From Alphaproteobacteria bacterium (GTDB taxonomy: Bacteria; Pseudomonadota; Alphaproteobacteria; RF32; CAG-239), in the NCBI GenBank assembly GCA_045577985.1, contig JAZNJJ010000026.1:19403-83402 (forward strand): 64,000 bases of DNA, read 5' to 3'. The notes beneath the pieces were generated by a model. That model was not told where the DNA came from and ran no database searches. It saw only the letters and a program-made list of their open reading frames with translations. Of the stretch, positions 1-10,697 are shown piece after piece (position 1 is the stretch's first letter; each line of letters opens with the position of its first letter). Made by a program: the position numbers and the translations under genes.

Positions 1-52
1 ATTCGCTTTCGCTTACATTATACACATAAAAAAAACAAATGCGTTCTTTTAT

Positions 53-628
53 ATGATAAGTTTTTTATGTTTATGCGAATTAATTCAACATACATATTTT
101 ATTGCTGTGTATCCACACTATCTGATTTTGTTATTTTTGTATTCAAGTATTATTACTGCTTATGCTATGTCAACTACAAACAACAAAAAAATTATATATA
201 CGTTTATATCGTTTATTTTATTAAATGTTGTATTAAATTTGTGCACGGTCGCAATCACAAATAATAAAAGTTCTTTGAATTATATGCGCGAATACAATAA
301 AAATCCTGAAGCTTCTATGGTTAATTTTAATGTTACATATTTTAGTATATATGCCCCAAGATTTTCCTATTATTGGTTTTATCCAAATTTTGAATATATG
401 GATAATTCTATGTTCGATAGACTTCCTGATTATAATATAAATGATATTATACAAGAAAATAATGTCGAATTTATTGCATATAATGATGAAGTAAAATTAA
501 ATTTAAATATGGATATTATGAAAAAATATTATAACGCGAAAGATTATTATGATCAGCATAATTTTAATATAAAAATTTTAGAAAATTATGAACAGATTTT
601 GCCTAAATTATATAAGAGAAAAAATTAA
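53..628 (+). CDS. hypothetical membrane-anchored protein (start uncertain; Met at 164 is equally plausible)
   Basis: ORF track. One hydrophobic helix (IIYTFISFILLNVVLNLCTVAI) followed by an N/Y/K-rich soluble part. No motif I recognise. Confidence 0.3.
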   Translation: MISFLCLCELIQHTYFIAVYPHYLILLFLYSSIITAYAMSTTNNKKIIYTFISFILLNVVLNLCTVAITNNKSSLNYMREYNKNPEASMVNFNVTYFSIYAPRFSYYWFYPNFEYMDNSMFDRLPDYNINDIIQENNVEFIAYNDEVKLNLNMDIMKKYYNAKDYYDQHNFNIKILENYEQILPKLYKRKN

Positions 629-636
629 ATTATCTG

Positions 637-1617
637 TTATCTAACGCCTTTATCTAACGGATCAAAATATAATTTGATGGTTTTCCATGAACTGTATTTA
701 TCTGCATACTTAACACCAAAAACTTCTTTAAATGCCTGTTGTGTTGCAATAACTGCTCTTTGAGCACTTTCTGCTACAGAACGATATGCAGGATCTGTTT
801 TGAAACGGCTGAGATCTAAAAATTCTATTCTCTGAATAGATCCATCTCTGAGTAAGTGGACTCTTATTTCAACAACCATTTTATCAAGTCCTATTGCTCC
901 TGGATCAAGGTTCCAGTTTTGACGTAACAAACTTGCTATTGCGTCTGTTTCAGATATTGTTAGATCACTAAAGTAAGAACCTTCGCTATTTCCGCCCTCA
1001 ATTCCCATTTGTTTTACATCGGTACCATTTTTAATGATAGCCTTTTGATTTGTTTCGCCAATATCTATATTTTTATTATTATCTATTTCTTGCATTAAGC
1101 TCCTTAATGCATTACTTTGAACATTAGATTTTGGAGTTTCTTTTTTAGGCTTAGCCTTAGGTTTTGGCTTAGGCTTAGGTTTAGGTTTTGGCTTTGATGA
1201 AGGCACAGGAGGCTTCTTTTTAGGTTGTTCAGCTTTAGGTTTCTTAACCGGCTTTGGAGCTTCTAAGAAATCTTGTGAAACAGGCGAAGGAGTTTCATCT
1301 GCTTTATTTTCTTGAGGTTCAGATTTTGTTTCTTCTTTAATTGGCTCCGGCACTTCCTCAATTTCTTCTTTGGTATCATTATTTGTATATTGTTCTGATT
1401 GAGGTTGTTCAACAACTGTAGCTTTTTGATCTTCTTCGCCAAATTCGGCTTTTGTTGGTAAGTTTGTTATTTCATCAATTCGTACTTCTGATAAATCTAC
1501 AATTATAGGTGTTTCACCTAAAGTCATATCTCTGCGCCATAAAAAAGGCATATCAATAATCATCAAAATGAATACTGCTATATGTAATATTATAGATTGT
1601 TTCAGATACTTATTCAT
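637..1617 (-). CDS. tolA: TolA-like cell-envelope integrity protein
   Basis: N-terminal TM anchor, long E/K/P-rich linker with a (KP)n run, and a TolA/TonB-type C-terminal domain (NWNLDPG...VEIRVHLLRDGSI...AESAQRAV). Lies directly downstream of tolQ-tolR. Confidence 0.65.
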   Translation of the reverse strand: MNKYLKQSIILHIAVFILMIIDMPFLWRRDMTLGETPIIVDLSEVRIDEITNLPTKAEFGEEDQKATVVEQPQSEQYTNNDTKEEIEEVPEPIKEETKSEPQENKADETPSPVSQDFLEAPKPVKKPKAEQPKKKPPVPSSKPKPKPKPKPKPKAKPKKETPKSNVQSNALRSLMQEIDNNKNIDIGETNQKAIIKNGTDVKQMGIEGGNSEGSYFSDLTISETDAIASLLRQNWNLDPGAIGLDKMVVEIRVHLLRDGSIQRIEFLDLSRFKTDPAYRSVAESAQRAVIATQQAFKEVFGVKYADKYSSWKTIKLYFDPLDKGVR

Positions 1618-1622
1618 GCCAA

Positions 1623-2081
1623 CTATTTCTTTTTAGATGAAGTATTTCTTTTTCCGGTGTATGGCTTTGCTTCTGTTTTTAGACCTACCTTTTCATATCC
1701 GGCTTCTTTTAATATTGCCATCAAAGCTATAACACGACCATATGATGTTGTTGTATCACCTGAAATTGTAACAGATAAAGAATTATTGGCTCCTTTTATA
1801 GCTGTTAATTTATCAAGAACTTCGTCGTCCTTAACAACGCTTTCCCCGATATAATAATGACCATCTTTATCTACACTTATATTAACAGATGTTTCGTTAC
1901 CTTCTAAATTTTTACCACCGACCTTAGGTAAATCTAAAGGAATTCCCGATGTCATTAATGGAGCAGCCACCATAAAAACAACAAGCAAAACCATCATTAC
2001 ATCCATTAAATTCGTAATATTTACATCTGCTTGACGACGTGATTGGCGACGACTATATGATGATGTTTGCATAAATGACAT
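1623..2081 (-). CDS. tolR: TolR (ExbD/TolR family)
   Basis: About 150 aa, with the ExbD/TolR N-terminus (ADVNITNLMDVMMVLLVVFMV) and a periplasmic domain. 2-nt gap after tolQ. Confidence 0.8.
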   Translation of the reverse strand: MSFMQTSSYSRRQSRRQADVNITNLMDVMMVLLVVFMVAAPLMTSGIPLDLPKVGGKNLEGNETSVNISVDKDGHYYIGESVVKDDEVLDKLTAIKGANNSLSVTISGDTTTSYGRVIALMAILKEAGYEKVGLKTEAKPYTGKRNTSSKKK

Positions 2082-2083
2082 TC

Positions 2084-2833
2084 TTATTCTCCTGCCAAAT
2101 CTGCTTTTAATGTTGTTTCATCTATTTCTCGAGATAAAATTGTCGAAAACTCTGCCATAAAATTATCTAATTTTTTAGCATATCTATCTATTGAAGTAGT
2201 TATTGTATTATATGCAACAACGGCAGGTATTGCGGCAATGAGACCAAATGCAGTAGTAAATAATGCTTCTGCTATACCGGGAGCCATTGCTGCCAACGAA
2301 TTACTTTGAGTTACGGCAATAGCATTAAAACTGTTAATAATACCCCAAACTGTACCAAATAAACCGATTAACGGAGCAACTGAGCCAGTCGATGCCAGAA
2401 AACCTAAATGAGTATCTAAACTATCTAATTCTTTATCCATTGATACAGTCATTGCCTTTTCTATTCTTTGCTGAAGAGAAACACCACGAATACTTCTGTC
2501 TGTTTTTCCTTTCATAAGGGTATTTCTTTTCCATTCACGCATTGCTGCAACGAACATAGCAGACATCGGATCTCGGGGACGATTTCCGATTGCTTCATAT
2601 AAGCGATCTAATGAACCTCCAGACCAAAATGCTTCTTCAAATTTTTTAGATAAGTTCTGCACTTGACGTAATGTAGAAAATTTTTCTAAAATTATAGCCC
2701 AAGACCAAACTGATGCGGCAATCAAACCTATCATGACAACCTTTGTTACAACATCTGATGCCCAAACCATATCCCATAATGACATTTGCTCTGCTGCAGT
2801 TTTAGCAACTTCTGAAAGTGCTTGTGTTTCCAT
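2084..2833 (-). CDS. tolQ: TolQ (MotA/TolQ/ExbB proton channel)
   Basis: Three-TM layout; SVWSWAIILEKF and the C-terminal APGIAEALFTTAFGLIAAIPAVVAYN motif typical of TolQ/ExbB. Confidence 0.85.
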   Translation of the reverse strand: METQALSEVAKTAAEQMSLWDMVWASDVVTKVVMIGLIAASVWSWAIILEKFSTLRQVQNLSKKFEEAFWSGGSLDRLYEAIGNRPRDPMSAMFVAAMREWKRNTLMKGKTDRSIRGVSLQQRIEKAMTVSMDKELDSLDTHLGFLASTGSVAPLIGLFGTVWGIINSFNAIAVTQSNSLAAMAPGIAEALFTTAFGLIAAIPAVVAYNTITTSIDRYAKKLDNFMAEFSTILSREIDETTLKADLAGE

Positions 2834-2995
2834 CTTTATAACCTTTTTACTTGAAAATTACGATATTTTTTTTGAGAATAACATCAATTGTTAAATATTA
2901 GATTAATTAATTAAAAAAAATAAATGATTTTAAATCAAAAAAAAGCATCACAACTTAGATAAAATATTATTTTATCCAAATTATGATGCTCAAGC

Positions 2996-3244
2996 TTACC
3001 ATCTTCTTATAATGCTACAGATTTTCATCCATACAATCGCAATTGCTACTAAATAGAAACAAGCTGCGACCACGGTCTGAAGGCTGATAGAAAGGCTCAA
3101 TACAGCAGAAAAAGGAGCAAACAAAGAACCTAGCCACCAGAAGAAATAAACAGCAAGAGCCAACCACAAGAGGTCAAAACTTATCTCCTTATTTCTAAAC
3201 CAACCCCATACTAAGAAAATGATGAATGCGACGAGTAGTGCCAT
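2996..3244 (-). CDS. small hydrophobic membrane protein (hypothetical)
   Basis: 82 aa, with three predicted TM helices by eye. No motif. Confidence 0.35.
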   Translation of the reverse strand: MALLVAFIIFLVWGWFRNKEISFDLLWLALAVYFFWWLGSLFAPFSAVLSLSISLQTVVAACFYLVAIAIVWMKICSIIRRW

Positions 3245-3456
3245 AATGTATAAAATTTAAGTTAAAAATCAAAGTATAATGGATTTGAAATAAATTTTAT
3301 TATTGAATGAGCAATAAAATATGGTGCTACTACAACATAACAATTAACAAAATATCACAAAATCCTTATTTATATCACTTTTATTTTACCATATTTTTTA
3401 TACTTTTGCAAAACTTTTATTCTTTTACAAAAAAAAGAGAGCAGACGCTCTCCTTT

Positions 3457-4113
3457 TTATTTATTATTGTACCATTTAATCGCTTCAGCACATTTCTCTT
3501 GGCTTACCCCCTTAATTCGGCAACGATTGACTTCTATTGTTGGTGCTTTATCAATAGAAAAACATCCCTCTCCTAATAACATTATATCTTTATATGTTCT
3601 TACACCAGGATTAAGATTATTCATTTGAATAGCAGTAGAAATTTTTGGCCACTTCAGTTTTACGCCTATGTTGCTTATTTTTGTTTTAAAATCATTCAAA
3701 ACATACACCCGAAGAGAGCAGCGAATCATATTGTCTAAGCCTCGATGTATCTGATAATTATCATAATATATTAAAATACTTCGATTATTATCATCATCAA
3801 ATACAATATCTCCATCTACCATCTTAAAGTGAAAAACTTTGCGATCAGTATTATCATATTTTTTTGTTTTTTCTTTAGGAGTATCAAAGCTTTTTTCTAC
3901 TGTTGCTAAATTCGTACTTGTCTTTGAACTTTCTTGCTGAGTCTCATTCTTTGTCGAAGAAGTAGATTTTTTTTCGGTTGTTTTTAATTTTGTTGCAGGC
4001 GTGTTCTTCTGTACATTTTTACTACCTGTCATAGACGGTGTAAACGTCTGAGCGCTTACACCATTCCAACCAACAAAACAAAAACATAAAATGCAAATAA
4101 ACAGTTTTTTCAT
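3457..4113 (-). CDS. secreted hypothetical protein; its C-terminal Cys-containing domain is shared with the next gene
   Basis: Signal peptide MKKLFICILCFCFVGWNGVSAQ, an S/T/K-rich linker, and a C-terminal domain with the pattern CS[LF]..V...W...CF-x10-11-V..C. A stem-loop plus T-run overlaps its stop. Confidence 0.5.
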   Translation of the reverse strand: MKKLFICILCFCFVGWNGVSAQTFTPSMTGSKNVQKNTPATKLKTTEKKSTSSTKNETQQESSKTSTNLATVEKSFDTPKEKTKKYDNTDRKVFHFKMVDGDIVFDDDNNRSILIYYDNYQIHRGLDNMIRCSLRVYVLNDFKTKISNIGVKLKWPKISTAIQMNNLNPGVRTYKDIMLLGEGCFSIDKAPTIEVNRCRIKGVSQEKCAEAIKWYNNK

Positions 4114-4120
4114 AAAACAC

Positions 4121-4834
4121 CTATTTTATTTCATTTAAAATTCTTCCCGCATTTTCCAATTCTTTATTAACGCCTTGATAATCGTTATTAATTTTTGCAA
4201 TTTCGTTAGCTTTTTCTTCTTCTTTTTGCCTTTCAATCACGCTATCTGGAACATCTTTGAACTCTGAATAATATTCAGGATTTTTAGAATTTATGTAGTT
4301 AAAGTTTTTTCCGCAACTATTTACATTACCGACAACACGACTATCTTTCATTACAAGTTTATCGCCTTCTAACAAACAATTTTTTACATCGTATCTCAAA
4401 CTATCAAATAATAAAAAGCATTTTTCCGTTTCAACAACAGCTTCAAAACTTTTTTGTTTATGAGGTAATAAATTTGTTAATGTTACTTGAGCATTAACAA
4501 CGGTTTCGGCATCTTCCGGATCTTCAACTACTTCAACTTTTTCACCAGTGATATAATATTTTCCAGAAATCATATCAACCCATCCCAAATCTAGTGTAGC
4601 TTCTTTTACTGTTTTTTCCATACGGTTAAATGCTGTAACAACAAAAGAACATTTATCAACTAAACCTTCTTTATTTTCAATAGGTTTAATATTTTCTATA
4701 CGAAATAAGATGCTACCTTCCTCTGATGTTTCTTCTTCGGTCAAGCGACGACGAGCAGCTGTTGCATCTACTATTGAACTTAGAACAAAGCCCAAAACCA
4801 AACTTGATAATAAAAATTTTTTAGATAAATTCAT
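4121..4834 (-). CDS. secreted hypothetical protein, tandem paralog-like partner of 3457..4113
   Basis: ORF 4121..4867 trimmed to Met at 4834, which has GGAG 8 nt upstream. Signal peptide LLSSLVLGFVLSSIVDATA. Same Cys/Trp pattern (DKCSFVV...LGW...EKCFLLFDSLRYDVKNC). Confidence 0.5.
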   Translation of the reverse strand: MNLSKKFLLSSLVLGFVLSSIVDATAARRRLTEEETSEEGSILFRIENIKPIENKEGLVDKCSFVVTAFNRMEKTVKEATLDLGWVDMISGKYYITGEKVEVVEDPEDAETVVNAQVTLTNLLPHKQKSFEAVVETEKCFLLFDSLRYDVKNCLLEGDKLVMKDSRVVGNVNSCGKNFNYINSKNPEYYSEFKDVPDSVIERQKEEEKANEIAKINNDYQGVNKELENAGRILNEIK

Positions 4835-4910
4835 TTTTCTACTCCAAAGTATTAAATTTGTAATCATAATAATTCTTTTTTATTTAATTTTTCTTAATTT
4901 TTCAAAAAAT

Positions 4911-5669
4911 CTACAACTCTTTTAATTTACGTTGTAATCTCAATAGATCACTCCATGCCTTGGCTTTTTGGGGAGCACTACGTAATAAAAATGCAGGGTG
5001 AAAACTTGATAAAGTTGGAATAGTATCCCCATTGTTCAACGTATAATCTATAAAGCGTCCTCGCAAATGTGAAATACTTTCACCATTATCTAATAACGCA
5101 TTTGCTGCACTCCCGCCAAGAATGAAAATAATTTTTGGTTTTATCAATTCTATTTGTCGTTTTAAAAATGGTAAACATACTGCAACCTCTCCATCAGTTG
5201 GCGTTCTGTTTCCAGGTGGGCGCCAAGGTAAAACATTTGTTATCCAACAGTCATCTCGCGACAAAGAAATTGTTTTTAACATTTTATCTAACAAATGCCC
5301 GCTTCGCCCTACAAATGGCTCACCTATTCTATCCTCATCAGCACCGGGAGCTTCACCAACAATTACTATTTCAGCTTGAGGATTGCCATATCCAAAAACT
5401 GTTGAATTTGCCGAAAATTTCAAAGAACATCCCTCAAAATTTTCGAGCATTGCTTTTAAATCATCTAAAGTCTGGGCTTTTGAACATAGTTCTTTAGCGT
5501 TATTGCAGGCAATATTATTTGCTTGAGCTAATAACGTTGTTGCTGGACGAGTGTTCTCTATTGTTATTTTTTCTGAAGATTGGCATAAGGCATTATAAGG
5601 TTCATCATCACAAACCTCATCTATACCACTTAGAATATACCAGTGCAATATTTCTGCTATATCATCCAT
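4911..5669 (-). CDS. uracil-DNA glycosylase, family 4
   Basis: Motif A GEAPGADEDRIGEPFVGRSGHLLDKML and motif B FHPAFLLR. Start trimmed to MDDIAE at 5669 (GGAG upstream). Confidence 0.8.
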   Translation of the reverse strand: MDDIAEILHWYILSGIDEVCDDEPYNALCQSSEKITIENTRPATTLLAQANNIACNNAKELCSKAQTLDDLKAMLENFEGCSLKFSANSTVFGYGNPQAEIVIVGEAPGADEDRIGEPFVGRSGHLLDKMLKTISLSRDDCWITNVLPWRPPGNRTPTDGEVAVCLPFLKRQIELIKPKIIFILGGSAANALLDNGESISHLRGRFIDYTLNNGDTIPTLSSFHPAFLLRSAPQKAKAWSDLLRLQRKLKEL

Positions 5670-5772
5670 TTTTTCTCCATTTTTAATAACTATATCTATA
5701 TTTACTTTTTTTTGCAATATAAAGTGAGTATTTACACATTTATAATAATTTTAATATATCATAGAGGTTAAA

Positions 5773-7677
5773 GTGCGAAAATTTAGGAATAAAAAGGTTA
5801 TGAAAAACATTATGATTAAATCAATTTGTGCAATTGCAATTATTTCATGTGCAGTTTTAGCTTGTTCTCAAAATATTTTTAACTTTGGATACAAGCAATA
5901 TACAATAAAACCTGTTTTTGATAAAGATGGATACTGGAAAACACCGGATTTTATTGTTAAACTGAACAAAGATATGAAAAGTGTATCTCTTTATTCTAAT
6001 AACTCATTATATGGTGCATATTTAGCAGGCAGAGTTGCTCATTTAAGACAGGACTTTGATACGGCTGCAGAATATTATAAAATTGTAATTAATAAAGATA
6101 AAGATAATTTAGATATTAATCGCTCAATTTATATAATTTTAACGTCTTTAGGGCAAATTGACGAAGCTTCTACTTTTGCGCAAAAAGAAATCGATGAAGG
6201 GCAAAAAAATACTTTAGCTCCGTTAATTGTTGCCATCAAAAATTTTGCTGATGGAAATTATGCAGAAGTGAGAAAAAATATCGATATGTTAGATGATCCT
6301 GTATATAAAACTATTATAAATCCTTTATTTTATGCATGGTCATATGCCGGTGAAAAAAATGAAAAAGATGCTATTGAAAGTATTGATAAAATCATAAAAG
6401 ATCCAGCCTTAAATTCCGTAAAATCTTTCCACAAAGCATTAATTTATGATTATTTGGGAAACAAGGAAAAGGCTAATGAGATGTTTTCAGATATTGTTAT
6501 GAAAACACCTCAAGATGTAACTTACAGAATATTAGAAATTATTACAGATTTCTATGTTCGAAGTGGTGATAAAAATATGGCCAAGCAGATATCTAACAAA
6601 TATAATAGTGATAGCACATTAGCTATTTTGTTATCAGATATAGATAAAAGAATTGATTCTGGTTTCTCTTCATCTGAAGCTATAATTAATACTCCTAAAA
6701 AGGGATTAGCCGAAGCATTATTTAATATAGGAACAATATTTAGAGTTTCTCAGGGGGGAACAGAATTTGCTCAAATATACATATCAGCTTCGTCTTATTT
6801 AAATCCTGAATATGATGTTTCAAAAATTGCATTAGCCAGCATTATGGAAGAAGTAGGATTGTTAAAAGAGGCAAATAAATATTATTCAGAAATAGAAAAA
6901 GAATCCGGTTCTTATTTTATTGCTAGAATAAAAATGATTGAAAATTATAATACTCTAAAAGAATATGAAAAAGCAGAAGAAAATTTGAAAAAACTTCTTA
7001 AAGACTATCCTAATAATTTTCAATTACTCAGTGATTTGGGACATATTGCAAGTGGGATGAATAAAAATAAAGAGGCTATAAAAATTTATAATAAAGCAAT
7101 ATCGTCTTTGAAAAATGTTAATAGTAATAGTTGGCCGATATTTTATGCCTTAGCTGTATCTTATGATAGAATCGATCAAAAAGATAAAGCAGAAGAAAAT
7201 TTACAAAAAGCTCTTAAGCTTAGTAATCGAAACCCAAATGTATTAAATTATTTAGGTTATACTTGGCTAACTAATAATAAAAATACAGATGAAGCTATAA
7301 ATATGATTATTGAAGCATACAAACAACATCCTTTCGAAGGACATATTATAGATAGTTTAGGATGGGTATATTTTAAGATTGGTGAATATGACAAGTCTAT
7401 CGAATATCTTGAACAAGCTTCTGATTTAAATCCTGGAAATGCCGTTATTAGCGATCATCTTGGAGATGCTTATTGGTTCGGCGGAAGAAGAAATGAAGCC
7501 GTGTTCCAATGGAAACATGCTTTAGTCTTAAAGGAAGATTCCGAATCTGTAGATAAAAAAGCAATTCAAGCGAAAATTGAAGATGGTATCGTGAAAAATA
7601 ATATTATAAAGATAAACGATATGAAAGTTAAAGAAGAACTATCTAGCTTGGATACAACTGATGAAAAAAACAATTAA
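5773..7677 (+). CDS. TPR-repeat protein, probable lipoprotein
   Basis: Many TPR-like 34-aa helical repeats (AxxYYxxA... patterns). N-terminal AVLAC lipobox. GTG start at 5773 or ATG at 5800. Confidence 0.7.
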   Translation: MRKFRNKKVMKNIMIKSICAIAIISCAVLACSQNIFNFGYKQYTIKPVFDKDGYWKTPDFIVKLNKDMKSVSLYSNNSLYGAYLAGRVAHLRQDFDTAAEYYKIVINKDKDNLDINRSIYIILTSLGQIDEASTFAQKEIDEGQKNTLAPLIVAIKNFADGNYAEVRKNIDMLDDPVYKTIINPLFYAWSYAGEKNEKDAIESIDKIIKDPALNSVKSFHKALIYDYLGNKEKANEMFSDIVMKTPQDVTYRILEIITDFYVRSGDKNMAKQISNKYNSDSTLAILLSDIDKRIDSGFSSSEAIINTPKKGLAEALFNIGTIFRVSQGGTEFAQIYISASSYLNPEYDVSKIALASIMEEVGLLKEANKYYSEIEKESGSYFIARIKMIENYNTLKEYEKAEENLKKLLKDYPNNFQLLSDLGHIASGMNKNKEAIKIYNKAISSLKNVNSNSWPIFYALAVSYDRIDQKDKAEENLQKALKLSNRNPNVLNYLGYTWLTNNKNTDEAINMIIEAYKQHPFEGHIIDSLGWVYFKIGEYDKSIEYLEQASDLNPGNAVISDHLGDAYWFGGRRNEAVFQWKHALVLKEDSESVDKKAIQAKIEDGIVKNNIIKINDMKVKEELSSLDTTDEKNN

Positions 7678-7682
7678 AAAAA

Positions 7683-7711
7683 ATCCCCATGGTTTGCATG
7701 GGGATTTTTTG
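7683..7711. terminator. bidirectional rho-independent terminator between the TPR gene and secF
   Basis: ATCCCCATGgtttgCATGGGGAT stem flanked by an A-run and a T-run. Confidence 0.75.
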
Positions 7712-8647
7712 TTATACATTACCAAACGGATTTATGTCTTTTTCATCCGGTTGAGCTCGTAAATCGAACAAATTGAGTAACGGAACAGAAATATATATTG
7801 AAGAATATGTTCCGATAAGTACACCTGCACTGATAACAAATGCAAAACTACGTAAAGCGTCTCCACCAAATATTAATAAAGATATTGAAGCAAAAAATGT
7901 TGTTACACCTGTTAAAATTGTTCGAGAAAAGATGTCATTAACACTTTTATTTAATAAATCATATTGAGGCATCTTTCTATATTTTTGCAAGTTCTCACGG
8001 ATACGATCATAAGTTACAACTGTATCATTAACAGAATAACCGGCGAGAGTTAAAATTGCGGCAATCGTTGTTAAACTAAAGTCCAAATGCATCATCGATA
8101 ATAAACCTACAATGATAAACACATCGTGGAATAAGCCCATTAACGCACATACAGCAAACTTCCATTCAAAACGAAACCAAATATAAAGAGAGATTGCTAA
8201 AATTGCTAATAAAGAAGCCATTATTCCTGAAAATTTCAGCTCCTCACCTACTTGTGGGCCAACAGACTCTACTCGTTCAAAAGAAAAATCTTTATCTAGA
8301 ATTTCTTTTATTTTATTTACAGCTTGACGCTGACTTTCTTCATCAGCATTATTTGCTTGCGCACGAATCATTAACTGCTCATTATTTTCACCTACAGATT
8401 GCAGATTTAATTCATCTAAATTTAATACAGATAAATCTTGACGAACTTTATCTACATCTACAGGACCGGACTTACTTTTTACTTCAACCAAAACTCCACC
8501 TGAAAAATCAATTCCATAATTAAAGCCGGTTGTATATATACTAACTATTGTTGCAATAGATAATATTATAGACAGTGCATAGGCAATCTTACGACCTTTT
8601 AAAAAATCAATATTTGTATCTTTTGTTATCCAACTAAATAATCTCAT
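7712..8647 (-). CDS. secF: protein translocase subunit SecF
   Basis: About 310 aa with the SecD/SecF six-TM C-terminal half (AAILTLAGYSVNDTVVTYDRIREN). Follows secD. Confidence 0.9.
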   Translation of the reverse strand: MRLFSWITKDTNIDFLKGRKIAYALSIILSIATIVSIYTTGFNYGIDFSGGVLVEVKSKSGPVDVDKVRQDLSVLNLDELNLQSVGENNEQLMIRAQANNADEESQRQAVNKIKEILDKDFSFERVESVGPQVGEELKFSGIMASLLAILAISLYIWFRFEWKFAVCALMGLFHDVFIIVGLLSMMHLDFSLTTIAAILTLAGYSVNDTVVTYDRIRENLQKYRKMPQYDLLNKSVNDIFSRTILTGVTTFFASISLLIFGGDALRSFAFVISAGVLIGTYSSIYISVPLLNLFDLRAQPDEKDINPFGNV

Positions 8648-8665
8648 ATCTTTATTCCTTATTTA

Positions 8666-10216
8666 TTATAGTGGTAATTTAGTAGGCTTACACTTTGCAA
8701 ACCAACCTTCAACCAATAAACGACTGACTGTTACAGATGTAAACATTGATGTTGCTATACCAATAGCTAAAGTAACAGCAAAACCGCGAACAGGTCCACT
8801 ACCAAAGTAAAATAAAACAGCTGCCGCAACCAATGTTGTTAAATTTGAGTCAACAATGGTTCTATACGCTTCTGTAAATCCAACGGAAATAGCATCACGA
8901 ATCGAACGACCACGATTTACTTCTTCACGCATACGCTCAAAAATTAAGATATTTGCATCAACAGACATACCAATTGTTAAAATGATACCGGCAATACCTG
9001 GCAATGTTAATGTTGTTCCTATAAAACTCATAATACCTAACATTATGGCTATATTTAAGAAGATAGCTATGTTAACCATTACTCCAAATAAACCATATGC
9101 CAAAAGCATGAAGATGACAACAGCAACTAAACCAACAATTGAAGCAACAATACCATCACGAATTGAATCAGCTCCTAAACCGGCTCCCACTGTTCTTTCT
9201 TCTAAAACTTCAAGAGGAGCAGGTAAAGCACCTGAACGTAACAATAGAGCCAAATCGTTAGCACTTTTTGTCGTAAAGTTTCCGGTTATTACTCCACTTC
9301 CTCCAGTGATTGCTGTTTGGATGTTTGGTGCAGAAATAACCTCGTTATCTAAAACAATAGCCAGTCTTTCTCCTATATGATTACTGGTTACCTCGGCAAA
9401 TTTACGTCCACCAATAGTATTAAAGCGGAAACTTACAACAGGCTCCCCTTCTTGGAAGGTAACACGAGCATCAGTTAAATTTTCACCCCCAACAACAGGT
9501 TTGCGGATAATAACATATTGCTCTCCATCTGATCCACTCATTACACGAGATGTTTTGCTTAATTTTCCTCTTTTAGCTTGAGAAACACTGGTTGTAGCGT
9601 CAACTAAATGAAAAGCCATTTTAGCAGTCTTTCCAAGTAAAATTTTAACGCTTTCAGGATTCTGAACACCAGGAAGTTGAACTAAAATTCTATCACTGCC
9701 CTGACCTTGAATACTTGGCTCTTTTGTACCAAGTTCATCTATACGACGACGAACGATATTGATTGATTGATCTATAACTCTATATTTCAACTCAATTATT
9801 GCTTGTTCATTATAATTGATGGTAACAAGTCCATCTCCATTTTCATCTTCAACAACATTTAATCCTGTATCCAACTTACGGAATGCATCTTTTGCTTTAT
9901 CACGAGCATTGTAATCTGCGATTTTAACGGTTACACCTTTTTCATCAGATTGTAATTCTTGATAGCGAATTTTATGTTCTCTTAATGATTGGCGAACAGA
10001 ATCTTCCAATGTATCCATCTTTTCTCTTAATACGTCGTCCATCTTAACTTGCAATAACAAGCTTGATCCACCTTGTAAATCTAATCCCAAACTAACGGGT
10101 TGCCACCATTTGGGTAATTTATCTTTATTTGGTACTAAATTTGGAACAGCAAAGAAAATACCTACCAAACATATTGCGATGATAATCAAAATTCTTCGAA
10201 GTGATAATTTATACAT
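8666..10216 (-). CDS. secD: protein translocase subunit SecD
   Basis: 516 aa with the N-terminal TM, a large periplasmic domain and conserved GLDLQGG, LPAPLEVLEERTVGAGLG and GMSVDANILIFER motifs. Confidence 0.9.
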   Translation of the reverse strand: MYKLSLRRILIIIAICLVGIFFAVPNLVPNKDKLPKWWQPVSLGLDLQGGSSLLLQVKMDDVLREKMDTLEDSVRQSLREHKIRYQELQSDEKGVTVKIADYNARDKAKDAFRKLDTGLNVVEDENGDGLVTINYNEQAIIELKYRVIDQSINIVRRRIDELGTKEPSIQGQGSDRILVQLPGVQNPESVKILLGKTAKMAFHLVDATTSVSQAKRGKLSKTSRVMSGSDGEQYVIIRKPVVGGENLTDARVTFQEGEPVVSFRFNTIGGRKFAEVTSNHIGERLAIVLDNEVISAPNIQTAITGGSGVITGNFTTKSANDLALLLRSGALPAPLEVLEERTVGAGLGADSIRDGIVASIVGLVAVVIFMLLAYGLFGVMVNIAIFLNIAIMLGIMSFIGTTLTLPGIAGIILTIGMSVDANILIFERMREEVNRGRSIRDAISVGFTEAYRTIVDSNLTTLVAAAVLFYFGSGPVRGFAVTLAIGIATSMFTSVTVSRLLVEGWFAKCKPTKLPL

Positions 10217-10227
10217 TATAACCTTCC

Positions 10228-10602
10228 TTATTTTTTATTTTTATTTTTCATTTTCGTTTTATTATCTTTTTTAGAAGATACTTTTGTTTTTTCAGAATTA
10301 ACTAGTGCACTAACGGACATACGATCCATAACAATATCTACACCTGGTGCAATTTCTAAAGATAATTCATTTTCTTCTATTTTTGAAATTCTACCATAGA
10401 TACCACCATTAGTAAGAACTCTGTCTCCAACCTTAAGAGCATTTACCATTGCGATATGTTCCTTTACTCTTTTTTGTTGAGGTCTAATTAAAAGAACATA
10501 GAAAATTATCAATATAAAAGCTAACTGGACTAAATTTGCGCCCAAAGAAGTGCTCTCACTTATTGCTGGAGCGGAAGCAGCTAATGCATCGCTAATAAAC
10601 AT
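10228..10602 (-). CDS. yajC: preprotein translocase subunit YajC
   Basis: Single TM followed by IRPQQKRVKEH...L.VGD.V.T.GG.YG.I, the typical YajC pattern. Upstream of secDF. Confidence 0.8.
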   Translation of the reverse strand: MFISDALAASAPAISESTSLGANLVQLAFILIIFYVLLIRPQQKRVKEHIAMVNALKVGDRVLTNGGIYGRISKIEENELSLEIAPGVDIVMDRMSVSALVNSEKTKVSSKKDNKTKMKNKNKK

Positions 10603-10697
10603 ATTTTTCTCCTTTACATATAGTTATGTAGGTAGTTGTATATCATATTCGCAAGATAAAAAACTAATTTTTCAAGTTATTAACGTTTTTTTAAATT

